Assembly (NCBI GenBank): GCA_014728215.1
Contig: WJLZ01000133.1
Span: 13,129-77,128 of the forward strand
Direction of reading: 5' to 3'
From: Chitinivibrionales bacterium
GTDB taxonomy: Bacteria; Fibrobacterota; Chitinivibrionia; Chitinivibrionales; WJKA01
DNA length: 64,000 nucleotides
A program made the position numbers and the translations under genes. Shown here piece after piece: positions 53,820 through 62,843 of this stretch (position 1 is its first letter; every line of letters begins with the position of its first letter). Below the pieces are notes generated by a model that saw only the letters and a list, made by a program, of their open reading frames with translations, was not told the DNA's origin and searched no databases.

Positions 53820-54602
53820 ATGAAAGTTCTGACACATGGTTTAGCCGTAATCCTTACTGCAGCCATATTGCTTGCTTTAATATGGATGAAACTTCCCGGT
53901 GAAATAAATGCAATAATCGCCCGCCGTCAAATAAGTTCGCTGCGGCAGTGTGTCAGGCAGCAGCTCGAGCAGCAAAAAGAATCACTTGCAGATAAATTAA
54001 CCGCCTTTGCAGAAGTAACCGGATCGGACCGGGAATTTGCAATGAGGCTTCTTGTCGAAAATGACCCCTCGGCCGCCGAAGTCGTTGAAAGAGCAGAGCA
54101 GTTTATCCGGCCCATGGGACTCGAGATCCTCGAAATCACCGATTCTTTATTTGTGTTGATATCATCAGGACATTTTCCGGCAAGTGCAGGAAATTCAATT
54201 GCCGAAAAAATCACTCTTTTAGAAAGTGACCCTGCCTTTATAATGGATAATATTTTAGGTGAGGAAGCCTTAACCCTTCAGGCTAAAACCCGCTTTTCCA
54301 TTGCTGAACTTCCTTTTTATGTCGCCGGCGGGTTGATTGTCGATCAGGGGTTTCTCTCGATGCTTGTACCATCCAGTAATTCCTTCGTGCTGTTGAAATG
54401 GGAAGATGAAATCATCGGCGGCGAAAAACTGGGAAAAATTGAATCGATTTCAGAGATCGAAGACAATAAAATTATCGTGAATAACCGTACGTTTCTTGCC
54501 GATACCCTGTCACTTCAATTCAGCGGAGAAAATGCTTCACCTGTTTTACTCGTTCTGGCAGAGGAGCCGGAACCGGTTTCAATACTCTCTTTGTTCCAAT
54601 GA
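53820..54602 (+). CDS. hypothetical membrane-anchored protein resembling an orphan extracytoplasmic sensor domain
   Basis: 260 aa. A single N-terminal transmembrane segment (GLAVILTAAILLALIW) is followed by a mixed alpha/beta domain of roughly 230 aa. There is no second transmembrane segment and no output domain. I recognise no family. Confidence 0.45.
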   Translation: MKVLTHGLAVILTAAILLALIWMKLPGEINAIIARRQISSLRQCVRQQLEQQKESLADKLTAFAEVTGSDREFAMRLLVENDPSAAEVVERAEQFIRPMGLEILEITDSLFVLISSGHFPASAGNSIAEKITLLESDPAFIMDNILGEEALTLQAKTRFSIAELPFYVAGGLIVDQGFLSMLVPSSNSFVLLKWEDEIIGGEKLGKIESISEIEDNKIIVNNRTFLADTLSLQFSGENASPVLLVLAEEPEPVSILSLFQ

Positions 54603-54772
54603 TTGTATATTAAAAGCTCCTTTTCTTCACCCGCTTTTCTTTCACCGAAAACCCTTTATCAGCTATGGTTGATCTCTCTTTGCACGGAATTGGTGCATTT
54701 TAGTAATGTGTTGATATTTCGAGGCTTAAGACAGCCGCCATTGATTATTATGATAAAAAGGTAACATAAAGG

Positions 54773-54801
54773 TTGACTTTCATAACAATTTATGTTATAT
54801 T
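54773..54801 (+). promoter_or_regulatory. candidate promoter of the rex operon with an embedded palindrome
   Basis: TTGACT (54773-54778), a 17-nt spacer, then TATATT (54796-54801). The spacer/-10 region contains ATAACA-N5-TGTTAT (54782-54798). This is not a canonical Rex box. Confidence 0.3.
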
Positions 54802-54868
54802 TATATCATAAAACAGGAATTCAAAACAAAAAAAACAGGAATGACTCTGTGCAAATGGAGGCGAGATA

Positions 54869-55492
54869 ATGGCAAATCATGAATCATCCAGCATTCGGCT
54901 GCTTGAATATAAAAACATATTGAAAAAGCTGAAAGGTCTGGGTTTCAGTAAGGTGTTTTCCTCGAATCTTGCCGATACACTCGGAATTTCAGCATCATTG
55001 GTGCGAAAAGATTTTACGCAACTCACGACATCGGGAAACAAAAAGGGCGGCTATATAATTGATGATCTCCTTGGTGAGATAAACAGACTTTTAAACAAAG
55101 GGACAGAAACCGGTGCGGTAATTGTAGGGTTTGGAAAGCTCGGTAAAGCTTTATGTAATTACCGGGGGTTCATTGATGAAAATATCAGGTTTGTTGCGGC
55201 ATTCGATACGGATGAGTCGAAAATCGATCCTGATGCTGATGTGCCGGTGTTTCCTGCAGAAAAACTTGCGGAATTTGTGTCGACAAATAAAATAAAAATA
55301 GCTGTTTTGACTATTCCGGGTGACGTTGTTCAACGGACGGTGGATATTCTGGTAATAGCTGGTGTTAAGGGGTTTTTGAATTTTGTTCCGTTCAGGCTGG
55401 TATTGCCCGCTGATTGTTATGAAAATCACATTAATCTTGCAATGGAACTGGAGAAAGTAATTCTGCACATAACGAATGGTCACAAAGGATAG
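54869..55492 (+). CDS. rex: redox-sensing transcriptional repressor Rex
   Basis: 207 aa. Winged-helix N-terminus (RLLEYKNILKKL...FSSNLADTLGISASLVRKDF). Rossmann domain with VIVGFGKLGKAL. Confidence 0.88.
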   Translation: MANHESSSIRLLEYKNILKKLKGLGFSKVFSSNLADTLGISASLVRKDFTQLTTSGNKKGGYIIDDLLGEINRLLNKGTETGAVIVGFGKLGKALCNYRGFIDENIRFVAAFDTDESKIDPDADVPVFPAEKLAEFVSTNKIKIAVLTIPGDVVQRTVDILVIAGVKGFLNFVPFRLVLPADCYENHINLAMELEKVILHITNGHKG

Positions 55493-55506
55493 GATGGTGG
55501 TAGCAG

Positions 55507-57468
55507 ATGCTTCGTACTCGTTTATTTAAGTTTTTCGGTTTTCTGGCTTTGATTTTTGGTCTCCTGTATGCCTTTATTGGAGTGCAGGTTATCAGAAAGC
55601 AGGTAATTCAGCGCGCCGAAAATCAGGTGCGGTCGGACTTAAATGCAGCCTGGAGTGTTTTAAATGGCGAAATGAATACTATTGAAACGGTATTGAAGCT
55701 AATTGTCGACAACAGTGGTTTCAGAGAACAGTGCAGCGATGGTCAATTTGATGATGGTGAATTACGACGGCACCTTGAGGGGATACGCACGAGATTTAAT
55801 TTGGATTTTCTAAGTATCCTTACGCCGAATGGAAGGGTTGTACTTAGAAGTGCGCCTCCCTATAAAGTTGGAGATTATTTTCCGGCCGATGCTTTGATAC
55901 AGAAGGCATTAAAGGGGCAAGGCGTTGCCGGGGTTACGCTGTTTGATCCACAGACACTGGATCGGGAGTATGGGGATCTTTCCAGGAGAGCATTTCTGGA
56001 GTTTGAGGAAACACCATTTGCCCGCGGAAGCCGGAAGAATAACGAATCCAGGGGAATGGTTCTTATGAGCGCTGTGCCGGTTGTTTACAATAACAATGTT
56101 GTGGCGGCCGTGTATGGAGGCGTCATGATGAACCGTAACAAGAAAATTGTGGATAAAATTCATGAAACCATTTATCGCAATGAAAAATACAAAGGCACAT
56201 CGACCGGTTCGGTGACCATATTTCTCAATGACTGCAGGATAACGACAACTGTTCGAAAGGATAATGGAAACCGGGCATTGGGAACGCGTGTTTCGAAAGA
56301 GGTGGCTGAAAGCGTTCTTGACAATGGTGAGCCATGGCTCGGCAGGGCGTTTGTTGTAAAGGATTGGTATTTGACTGCCTATGATCCGATATATACGGTC
56401 AACAACAGGATTGTCGGCATGTTGTACGTTGGTATACTGGAACAGCCGTTTGTTGATATTGTCCGCATGATGATTGGCCGTTATGCACTCCTTTCTTTTG
56501 CCGGCCTTCTGGTGACACTTATTGCAGCCTATTTTCTCGCTGCCCGGGTCGCTAAACCAATTCATGCACTGGCCGAGGCGTCGCATACAATGCGTGAAGG
56601 TCAACATCCGGGACGCGTTGAATTTAAAAAATGTTCTACCGAGACTCGTACGCTTATCGATGCTTTTAACAATATGGCAGATAAGCTTGTAGAGAGGGAA
56701 CGCAAACTCAAAGAGGCCAATACATCGCTGGTTGCGGTTAATAAAAGTTACATGGAAACACTCGGCTTTATTTCCCATGAGCTGAAAACACCGTTGGGTT
56801 CCATTATGAATTACACATTTATGCTCGGAGAGGATAAATTCGGAGAGCTTAATGAAAAACAGAAACGGGCGGTAAAAAATATAGACCTTAACACAAAGCG
56901 AATTACCGAAATGGTACGGCATTATCTTAACTTGTCGAGAATAGAAAATAATGAGTTGAATCCTGTGCTCGCCGACGTGCGGATTAATGATGAAATCGTG
57001 GGGTCGCTGATAGAATTGATGAAATTGGCTGCCGAAGAGAAGAGTGTAACAATTCAAAACAATATTCCCGATGAATGTACGGTTCATGCGGACTACAATA
57101 TGACTCATGAAGTATTTGAAAATCTTATCAGCAATGCGATAAAATACGGCAATAAAGACGGATGCGTAACGATCGATTCTCAGATCAGCGATGCAGTGAT
57201 AGAATTCAGGGTTCGTAATACCGGTGATGGTATTCCTGAAGAGTATCGTAATACGATATTTGATAAATTTGTACGTGTCAATGGTATGGGGATGAAGAAA
57301 AAGGGAACCGGACTTGGTCTCTTTATAACACAGCATATAGTTAAGAGCCACGGAGGGACTATCTCTGTTAATTCCGAAGAGGGCAAATGGACTGAATTTG
57401 TTTTTACTTTGCCTGCAAGCAAAGAAAGGTTGAAAAGACATGAACAAAGAACCCTTGAAAATTGTTAA
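55507..57468 (+). CDS. sensor histidine kinase (Cache-like periplasmic domain, HAMP, HisKA, HATPase_c)
   Basis: 653 aa. Two transmembrane segments flank an extracytoplasmic domain of roughly 280 aa, followed by a HAMP-like linker. H-box SHELKTPLGS. HATPase_c motifs ISNAIKYG, RNTGDGI and GTGLGL. Confidence 0.85.
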   Translation: MLRTRLFKFFGFLALIFGLLYAFIGVQVIRKQVIQRAENQVRSDLNAAWSVLNGEMNTIETVLKLIVDNSGFREQCSDGQFDDGELRRHLEGIRTRFNLDFLSILTPNGRVVLRSAPPYKVGDYFPADALIQKALKGQGVAGVTLFDPQTLDREYGDLSRRAFLEFEETPFARGSRKNNESRGMVLMSAVPVVYNNNVVAAVYGGVMMNRNKKIVDKIHETIYRNEKYKGTSTGSVTIFLNDCRITTTVRKDNGNRALGTRVSKEVAESVLDNGEPWLGRAFVVKDWYLTAYDPIYTVNNRIVGMLYVGILEQPFVDIVRMMIGRYALLSFAGLLVTLIAAYFLAARVAKPIHALAEASHTMREGQHPGRVEFKKCSTETRTLIDAFNNMADKLVERERKLKEANTSLVAVNKSYMETLGFISHELKTPLGSIMNYTFMLGEDKFGELNEKQKRAVKNIDLNTKRITEMVRHYLNLSRIENNELNPVLADVRINDEIVGSLIELMKLAAEEKSVTIQNNIPDECTVHADYNMTHEVFENLISNAIKYGNKDGCVTIDSQISDAVIEFRVRNTGDGIPEEYRNTIFDKFVRVNGMGMKKKGTGLGLFITQHIVKSHGGTISVNSEEGKWTEFVFTLPASKERLKRHEQRTLENC

Positions 57469-59668
57469 AAACTTAAGAACCGAAGCTGTCTGGCGGGTGT
57501 TTGAAGCGAAGTTCAATACTGAATACAGGATAACCGTTGGTTCGGCAACCTGCGAAAATGCTGCCGGAGCCCGGGAGGTTTACGGTAAATTTCGGGAACT
57601 GGTACAGAATAACCCGGAAGCAAATGTAACAATGGGTCAGGTGGGGTGTACCGGAAGATGCGATATGGAACCTGTCGTTACTGTTATACGAAAAGGAATC
57701 GTGCCGGTAAAATATGTTCATTGTACTCCTCAAATGGCAGAGGAAATCTTTAAGGACCATATACTCGCTGACAAACCGATAGTAAAGTATACGATGCAGC
57801 ATGTTGATGGATTCAGTTCGACGCGCCGAATCATTGGCCTTTGCACGGGGAAGGCATGCGGTAATGAACGTGCCGACACACTGTTCACCTACTGCGCGGC
57901 TCGTATTGAAGCGGCGAATTTGAGTGAAGAATTAATGGTAACCAGGATGGATTGTCGTGGTAAATGCGACGCCGGACCGGTTATGCATGTTTATCCTGAT
58001 AATGTAATATACAGTGGCTTGACCAAAGAGATGATTGATCGTATTGTGGAAGAGCACTTGAAAAATGAAAAAATTGTGGCCGACTATGCAATGTCGATGG
58101 ATAAGATTTCGAATCGGTTTATACCCTTTTTCGGAAACATTCACTTTTTCGGAAAGCAGCTTCGAATGACTCTTCGGAATTGCGGTGTTATTGATCCTGA
58201 GGCGATTGATGAATATCTGTCGGTAAACGGATATGAAGCCGCGGCGCAGGCTCTGGCATCCGAAGATCCGGAAATGATCATAGAAAAGGTTAAATCGGCT
58301 GGTCTGAAGGGTCGTGGCGGCGGCGGGTTTTTAACCGCCCAGAAGTGGTCCTTTGCCGCAAAGCAGGATGCGGATGAAAAGTTTCTGATATGTAATGCCG
58401 ATGAAGGGGATCCCGGGGCCTTTATGGATCGAAGCACAATAGAAGGCGATCCTCACACGATTATTGAGGGGATGATAATTGCCGGGTATGCAATTGGAGC
58501 GACAAAAGGGTTTATTTACACCAGGGTTGAATATCCCCTGGCGATCAAACGACTTGAAATGGCGATTAAGAGTGCCCGAGAGTATGGTTTTCTGGGTAAA
58601 AACATTTTCGGCACCGGATGGGATTTTGATGTTGAAGTCCGTCTCGGTGCGGGAGCATTCGTGTGCGGGGAAGAGACGGCGCTTATAAAGTCGATTGAAG
58701 GATATCGTGGAGAACCCAAGCCGCGGCCGCCTTTCCCCACCGATAGAGGATTGTGGAATAAGCCGACGGTGATAAATAATGTTGAGACATTTGCCAATGT
58801 TCCAGTTGCACTTCTGGATGGTGAGAGCTGGTTTAATTCGATTGGGACGCCGCAAAGTAAGGGAACAAAGGTTTTTGCCCTGGCCGGTGCGGTCCGGCAT
58901 ACCGGGCTTATCGAGGTGCCGATGGGCACAACGCTTCATGAAGTAATCTACACGGTTGGTGGCGGAATACCGGAAAACAAAAAATTCAAAGCGGTTCAGA
59001 TCGGCGGTCCGGCAGGTGGGTGTCTTCCTGAATCCTTTCTCGAAACACCGGTCGATTACGATTCACTCAAACAGGCCGGGGCAATGATGGGCAGCGGGGG
59101 GATGATCGTTATGGATGAGAGCACCTGCATGGTGGATGTCGCCCGGTTTTTTCTCGAGTTTATGGCTGAAGAGTCGTGCGGACAGTGTACCCCCTGTCGA
59201 GCCGGGACTACTATCATGCTGGAAATTCTGGATTCGATTACAAAAGGAAAGGCCACTATGAGCGATCTTGATAAGCTTGAAGAGATCGCAAAGGTGACGG
59301 CAAACGCTTCGCTCTGTGGACTGGGTAAAGGTGCGCCTAATCCTGTACTCAGCACACTCAGCCATTTTCGCCATGAGTACGAAGAACACATCGTTAATAA
59401 GAGGTGCTCGGCAGGAGTATGTAAAAGCTTAACTTCCTATATCATCGATAGGGAGAAATGTGTCGGATGTACCGCCTGTGCCCGTGTCTGTCCTGTGAAG
59501 TGTATTGTCGGAGCGAAAAAGATGCCCCATGAGATAATCAATGAAATCTGCGTAAAATGCGGTAGTTGTTATGATATATGCAAATTCAATGCTGTACAAA
59601 AGGATGTTGGGCCTTTTGAAAAGGAGAATAAGACATGGAGAACTGTAAAACAAAAAATGACAGCGTAA
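57440..59668 (+). CDS. NuoF-like NAD(P)H-oxidising flavoprotein (HydB/HndC-type) with N-terminal thioredoxin-like domains and C-terminal 2x[4Fe-4S] ferredoxin domain
   Basis: 742 aa. Core motifs GLKGRGGGGF, NADEGDPGAF and ESCGQCTPCR. C-terminal ferredoxin motifs CVGCTACARVCP and CVKCGSCYDIC. Of the two N-terminal Trx-like modules, only the second keeps CxxxxC...CxxxC. The gene overlaps the kinase gene by 29 nt. Confidence 0.88.
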   Translation: MNKEPLKIVKNLRTEAVWRVFEAKFNTEYRITVGSATCENAAGAREVYGKFRELVQNNPEANVTMGQVGCTGRCDMEPVVTVIRKGIVPVKYVHCTPQMAEEIFKDHILADKPIVKYTMQHVDGFSSTRRIIGLCTGKACGNERADTLFTYCAARIEAANLSEELMVTRMDCRGKCDAGPVMHVYPDNVIYSGLTKEMIDRIVEEHLKNEKIVADYAMSMDKISNRFIPFFGNIHFFGKQLRMTLRNCGVIDPEAIDEYLSVNGYEAAAQALASEDPEMIIEKVKSAGLKGRGGGGFLTAQKWSFAAKQDADEKFLICNADEGDPGAFMDRSTIEGDPHTIIEGMIIAGYAIGATKGFIYTRVEYPLAIKRLEMAIKSAREYGFLGKNIFGTGWDFDVEVRLGAGAFVCGEETALIKSIEGYRGEPKPRPPFPTDRGLWNKPTVINNVETFANVPVALLDGESWFNSIGTPQSKGTKVFALAGAVRHTGLIEVPMGTTLHEVIYTVGGGIPENKKFKAVQIGGPAGGCLPESFLETPVDYDSLKQAGAMMGSGGMIVMDESTCMVDVARFFLEFMAEESCGQCTPCRAGTTIMLEILDSITKGKATMSDLDKLEEIAKVTANASLCGLGKGAPNPVLSTLSHFRHEYEEHIVNKRCSAGVCKSLTSYIIDREKCVGCTACARVCPVKCIVGAKKMPHEIINEICVKCGSCYDICKFNAVQKDVGPFEKENKTWRTVKQKMTA

Positions 59669-60153
59669 CACGTGCGGCGCTGCCGCGGAAGGTTGAGGAA
59701 TTCGTTCGTCAATGCTGTAACGAACTCCGGCCAAGAAGTTATCTCATACCGATACTCCATCAATTGCAGGAGGAAGAGGGATATCTGCGTGAAGATCAGA
59801 TGGCAACAGTCGCCTCCTTGCTTGGTGTTACCCTGTCGGAAGTAATGGGTGTTGCCACGTTCTATCACTATTTTACCCTGAAGCCGAAAGGGAAGCATAC
59901 GATTTCCATCTGTCTGGGGACGGCATGCCATGTGAAAGGTGCGGGAAAAATAGTGAAGAAGCTTGTGGATTTAATCGGAATCAAGGAGGGTGAAACCAGC
60001 AAGGATGACTTATTCTCCATCGAATCCGCCCGCTGCGTAGGAATGTGCGCACTTGCTCCGGTGATGATTATCGATGAGCGGGTATATGGCAATGTACAAC
60101 CGGATGAACTGGAAGAAATCCTCGGAGAATACGGGTTCAAAGGAGGCAGGTAA
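59635..60153 (+). CDS. NuoE-like [2Fe-2S] thioredoxin-fold protein (HydC/HndA-type)
   Basis: 172 aa. Motifs ICLGTACHVKGA and ESARCVGMCALAPV. The gene overlaps the NuoF-like gene by 34 nt, and AAGGAG lies 8 nt upstream of the ATG. Confidence 0.85.
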   Translation: MENCKTKNDSVTRAALPRKVEEFVRQCCNELRPRSYLIPILHQLQEEEGYLREDQMATVASLLGVTLSEVMGVATFYHYFTLKPKGKHTISICLGTACHVKGAGKIVKKLVDLIGIKEGETSKDDLFSIESARCVGMCALAPVMIIDERVYGNVQPDELEEILGEYGFKGGR

Positions 60154-60545
60154 TGGAGCCGAAGAAGAAGATAGTTCTTATCGATGATGATGAAGACTTC
60201 ATTGCTTCAGTGGCCGAACTTCTGGAAGCATTTGATTACGAGGTATTCTCGGCATTCAACGGTAGTGACGGTCTGGCGCTGGCGGTTAATGAGCGCCCCG
60301 ATTTAATTATTCTTGATGTTATGATGACCTATGAGACTGAAGGTTTTGATATTGCCCGTAAGATACGTACTAAACCCGAGTTGAAATCGACAAAGGTATT
60401 ACTGGTAAGCGGAATTGTGTCCGAAAAAAGACTGCCCTCATTATTAAAACCGGATGTACAATGGCTCCCTGTCGAAAGGATACTCGAAAAACCGATCGAA
60501 CCGTCAAAACTCATTGGTGAAGTTGAAAAATTGCTTGATGAATGA
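60153..60545 (+). CDS. response regulator, receiver domain only
   Basis: 130 aa. Acidic pocket DDD, phospho-acceptor context IILDVMM, LVSG, and EKP (Lys). The start shares one base with the NuoE-like stop (TAATG). Confidence 0.85.
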   Translation: MEPKKKIVLIDDDEDFIASVAELLEAFDYEVFSAFNGSDGLALAVNERPDLIILDVMMTYETEGFDIARKIRTKPELKSTKVLLVSGIVSEKRLPSLLKPDVQWLPVERILEKPIEPSKLIGEVEKLLDE

Positions 60546-60567
60546 TACATGTTATCTGGAGGTATAA

Positions 60568-61005
60568 ATGAAAGATGTAAATAAAACAATATTACTCGTA
60601 GATGATGATGTTGCGTTTGTTCATAGTGTTATAGACCTTCTTGAAGCTGAAGGCTACAGGATTCTGAGCGCCCATAATGGCACCGACGGAATGGCGCTGG
60701 CTAAAAAAGAAAAGCCGGATCTGGTTATGCTTGATGTGATGATGGATTATAACACCGAAGGGTTCGAGGTGAGTAGAGAGTTGAAAAAGCATTGCAGTTT
60801 AAATGCGGTCCCTGTTGTGCTGGTGACCGGGATCTGCCGTGAAATGAACCTCCCCTTTCGTTTTGAAGCTGATGACAAATTTCTTCCGGTAAATAAAATT
60901 GTCGAAAAGCCGGTTGCCCCAAAAAAGCTTTTGGAGCTTGTGGCTACATTACTTAACAACGATACACCCACACACCAACACACAAAAGGAGGTTGTCATG
61001 AATAA
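60568..61005 (+). CDS. response regulator, receiver domain only
   Basis: 145 aa. Motifs VDDD, VMLDVMM, LVTG and EKP. A paralog of the flanking receiver genes. Confidence 0.85.
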   Translation: MKDVNKTILLVDDDVAFVHSVIDLLEAEGYRILSAHNGTDGMALAKKEKPDLVMLDVMMDYNTEGFEVSRELKKHCSLNAVPVVLVTGICREMNLPFRFEADDKFLPVNKIVEKPVAPKKLLELVATLLNNDTPTHQHTKGGCHE

Positions 61006-61381
61006 AAAAGCTTTGGTTATTGATGATGATGCTGAATACAGAGCATCGGTGAAGGACCTGCTTGCCGCCAACGGTTACACGGTTGTGACTGCTGAAGACG
61101 GTCGGGTAGGGTATGAAGAAGCTGTTGCTCAGAAACCCGATGTAATCCTGCTCGATGTCATGATGGAAGACTGCAGTGCCGGACTCGATACGGTAAAGAA
61201 GCTTCGTGACGGAGCTGAAACTGCAAATATTCCGGTTATGCTGATCACGGGGATTCATAAAGGCAATTTTCTTCTCAGCAGCTATGCTCCTGACGAGAAG
61301 TTTCCAAATGTAAAAGGTGTTTATGAAAAGCCGGTCAAACCCGAAGAGCTGGTTGAAAATCTTACCAAAGTTGCCGCATAA
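60998..61381 (+). CDS. response regulator, receiver domain only
   Basis: The ORF track opens at 60899. The ATG at 60998 follows AAAGGAGG and gives MNKKALVIDDD. Motifs ILLDVMM, LITG and EKP. It overlaps the previous gene by 8 nt. Confidence 0.85.
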   Translation: MNKKALVIDDDAEYRASVKDLLAANGYTVVTAEDGRVGYEEAVAQKPDVILLDVMMEDCSAGLDTVKKLRDGAETANIPVMLITGIHKGNFLLSSYAPDEKFPNVKGVYEKPVKPEELVENLTKVAA

Positions 61382-61435
61382 TACCTTTTTAGAATGCGCC
61401 GGCCGGTAAACCGTATGGCAGTTTGAAAAGGCAAG

Positions 61436-61460
61436 GGGCCCTTATCGGGCCCTCCTTTTT
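61436..61460 (+). terminator. rho-independent terminator closing the rex-to-receiver operon
   Basis: GGGCCC (61436-61441) / GGGCCC (61447-61452) stem with a TTATC loop, followed by TCCTTTTT. Confidence 0.65.
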
Positions 61461-61745
61461 GACTCCTGGTGCGGCATACTGCCGGTGCATGGTCTACTCT
61501 CCGGCATACGCCTGAATGGCCGGATTTTCCTCGGCTGTAGAGCGCTGTACATTTTGGCGCTTGAGTTCCCTAATCCCTTTTTATCAATTCTGCACCCGCA
61601 ATATTCCGTTTCGCTTACCGAATTTTTTAGTAGAGAATCCGACTCGTGCTGTATGCAGAGAGAAGTTGCCGAAAGGGGCTGATTTTATAAGAGGCATATA
61701 TTATATTTGTTATATCATATTATAAATAAAAAAGCGGTCAACTCC

Positions 61746-62843
61746 GTGTACTTATCCCATCTTACTTTGCATAATTTCAGAAATTTTAAAGAACAGAGCT
61801 TAGAGTTTTCTCAGGACGGTGCTCTTTTCAGAGGGCTGAACGGTTCCGGCAAAACAAATTTGCTTGAAGCCATGCATGTTGTATGCACCGGCCGTTCTCA
61901 AAGGGCTGCTTCCCGCCGCAATATGATCAATTCATCGGCATCATGCTATTTCATCGAGGCAGGATTCAAGAATGCCGAATCGGGCAATGAAACCATTGCG
62001 TCGATGGGGTTCGGGCGGGACAGAAAATCAAGCATGAAAATTAACGATAAGAAGGTCTCATCATTTTCTGAGTGGTTCGGTATTGCCGGAATCGTCTCTT
62101 TTGGTCCCGACGATCTTAATTTAATCTACGGTCCACCCCATGAACGTCGGCGATTTGTCGATATCTTAATCAGCCAGCTTGTGCCCGGCTATCTCGGGCA
62201 TTGTGTTCACTATCGAAAAAGCCTGCTGAACCGGAATAAGCTTCTTGGAATGAAAATCTGCGACATGCAGCTTGACGCATATGAAGAAAAGATGGCCTTC
62301 CATGGGGCCGAACTCGCCGAAAAACGGAATGAAATAATCAGAAAGGTCGAATCGCAATTCACCGAATTCTACCGGCAAATCAGCCGGAATAAAGAGACAG
62401 GAACAATTAAGTTTCAACCTTCTTTTTCAAGTGAATTTAATAGTAAAAAAGAGTGGAAATATTTATTTTTAGAGGCACTGAAAAATACTCGAAAACAGGA
62501 TTGCAATCTTGGATACTCATCAATCGGGCCACACAGAGATGATGTGCGGATAACGATTGACGGTCGTCCGGCCAGAAACTTCGGCTCTCTGGGACAATGT
62601 CGATCACTTTCCCTTGCACTCCGCCTTTGCTCATACTACAGCCTTAAAGAGAATTCGGGTGATTCGATGATTCTGCTTGTGGATGATGTCTTTTCGGAAC
62701 TCGATGATCAGCGGCTTAAGCATTTCTATCCGCTTATCGAATCCGGTGGACAGCTCTTTGCAACAGCATCAACATCGCGGGTTCCCTTTTCAAAACCGAT
62801 TCATCCCTTCACAATATCGGATGGGAAGGTGTGTGCCGGATGA
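61746..62843 (+). CDS. recF: DNA replication and repair protein RecF
   Basis: The ORF opens at a TTG at 61707. The GTG at 61746 gives the typical (V)YLSHLTLHNFRNF start. Walker A GLNGSGKTNLLEA and a C-terminal LLVDDVFSELD motif. Confidence 0.88.
   Translation: MYLSHLTLHNFRNFKEQSLEFSQDGALFRGLNGSGKTNLLEAMHVVCTGRSQRAASRRNMINSSASCYFIEAGFKNAESGNETIASMGFGRDRKSSMKINDKKVSSFSEWFGIAGIVSFGPDDLNLIYGPPHERRRFVDILISQLVPGYLGHCVHYRKSLLNRNKLLGMKICDMQLDAYEEKMAFHGAELAEKRNEIIRKVESQFTEFYRQISRNKETGTIKFQPSFSSEFNSKKEWKYLFLEALKNTRKQDCNLGYSSIGPHRDDVRITIDGRPARNFGSLGQCRSLSLALRLCSYYSLKENSGDSMILLVDDVFSELDDQRLKHFYPLIESGGQLFATASTSRVPFSKPIHPFTISDGKVCAG

Noticed and set aside
54603-54868. A search for a canonical Rex operator (TTGTGAA-N4-6-TTCACAA) upstream of the rex operon.
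   Set aside because: Only non-canonical palindromes were found: ATAACA-N5-TGTTAT at 54782-54798 and TGCAC-N7-GTGCA at about 54682-54698. I report the first only as a low-confidence candidate, and no Rex box is claimed.
55909-57516. A 535-aa ORF antisense to the Cache/HAMP histidine kinase. Similar long antisense ORFs occur at 33559-34335, 46410-47303, 46994-47674, 36899-37624, 24457-25134 and 22654-23238.
   Set aside because: The sense-strand genes have unambiguous family motifs. The antisense translations are compositionally odd (rich in Phe, Ile, Asn, Cys and His, or in Ser, Arg and Ala) and have no recognisable domains.
61470-61540. Possible degenerate copy of the R1/R2 repeat (GTGCATGGTCTACT, CCTCGGCTGTAGAG) upstream of recF.
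   Set aside because: Only 6-10 nt fragments match, which is too weak to call without a statistical search.
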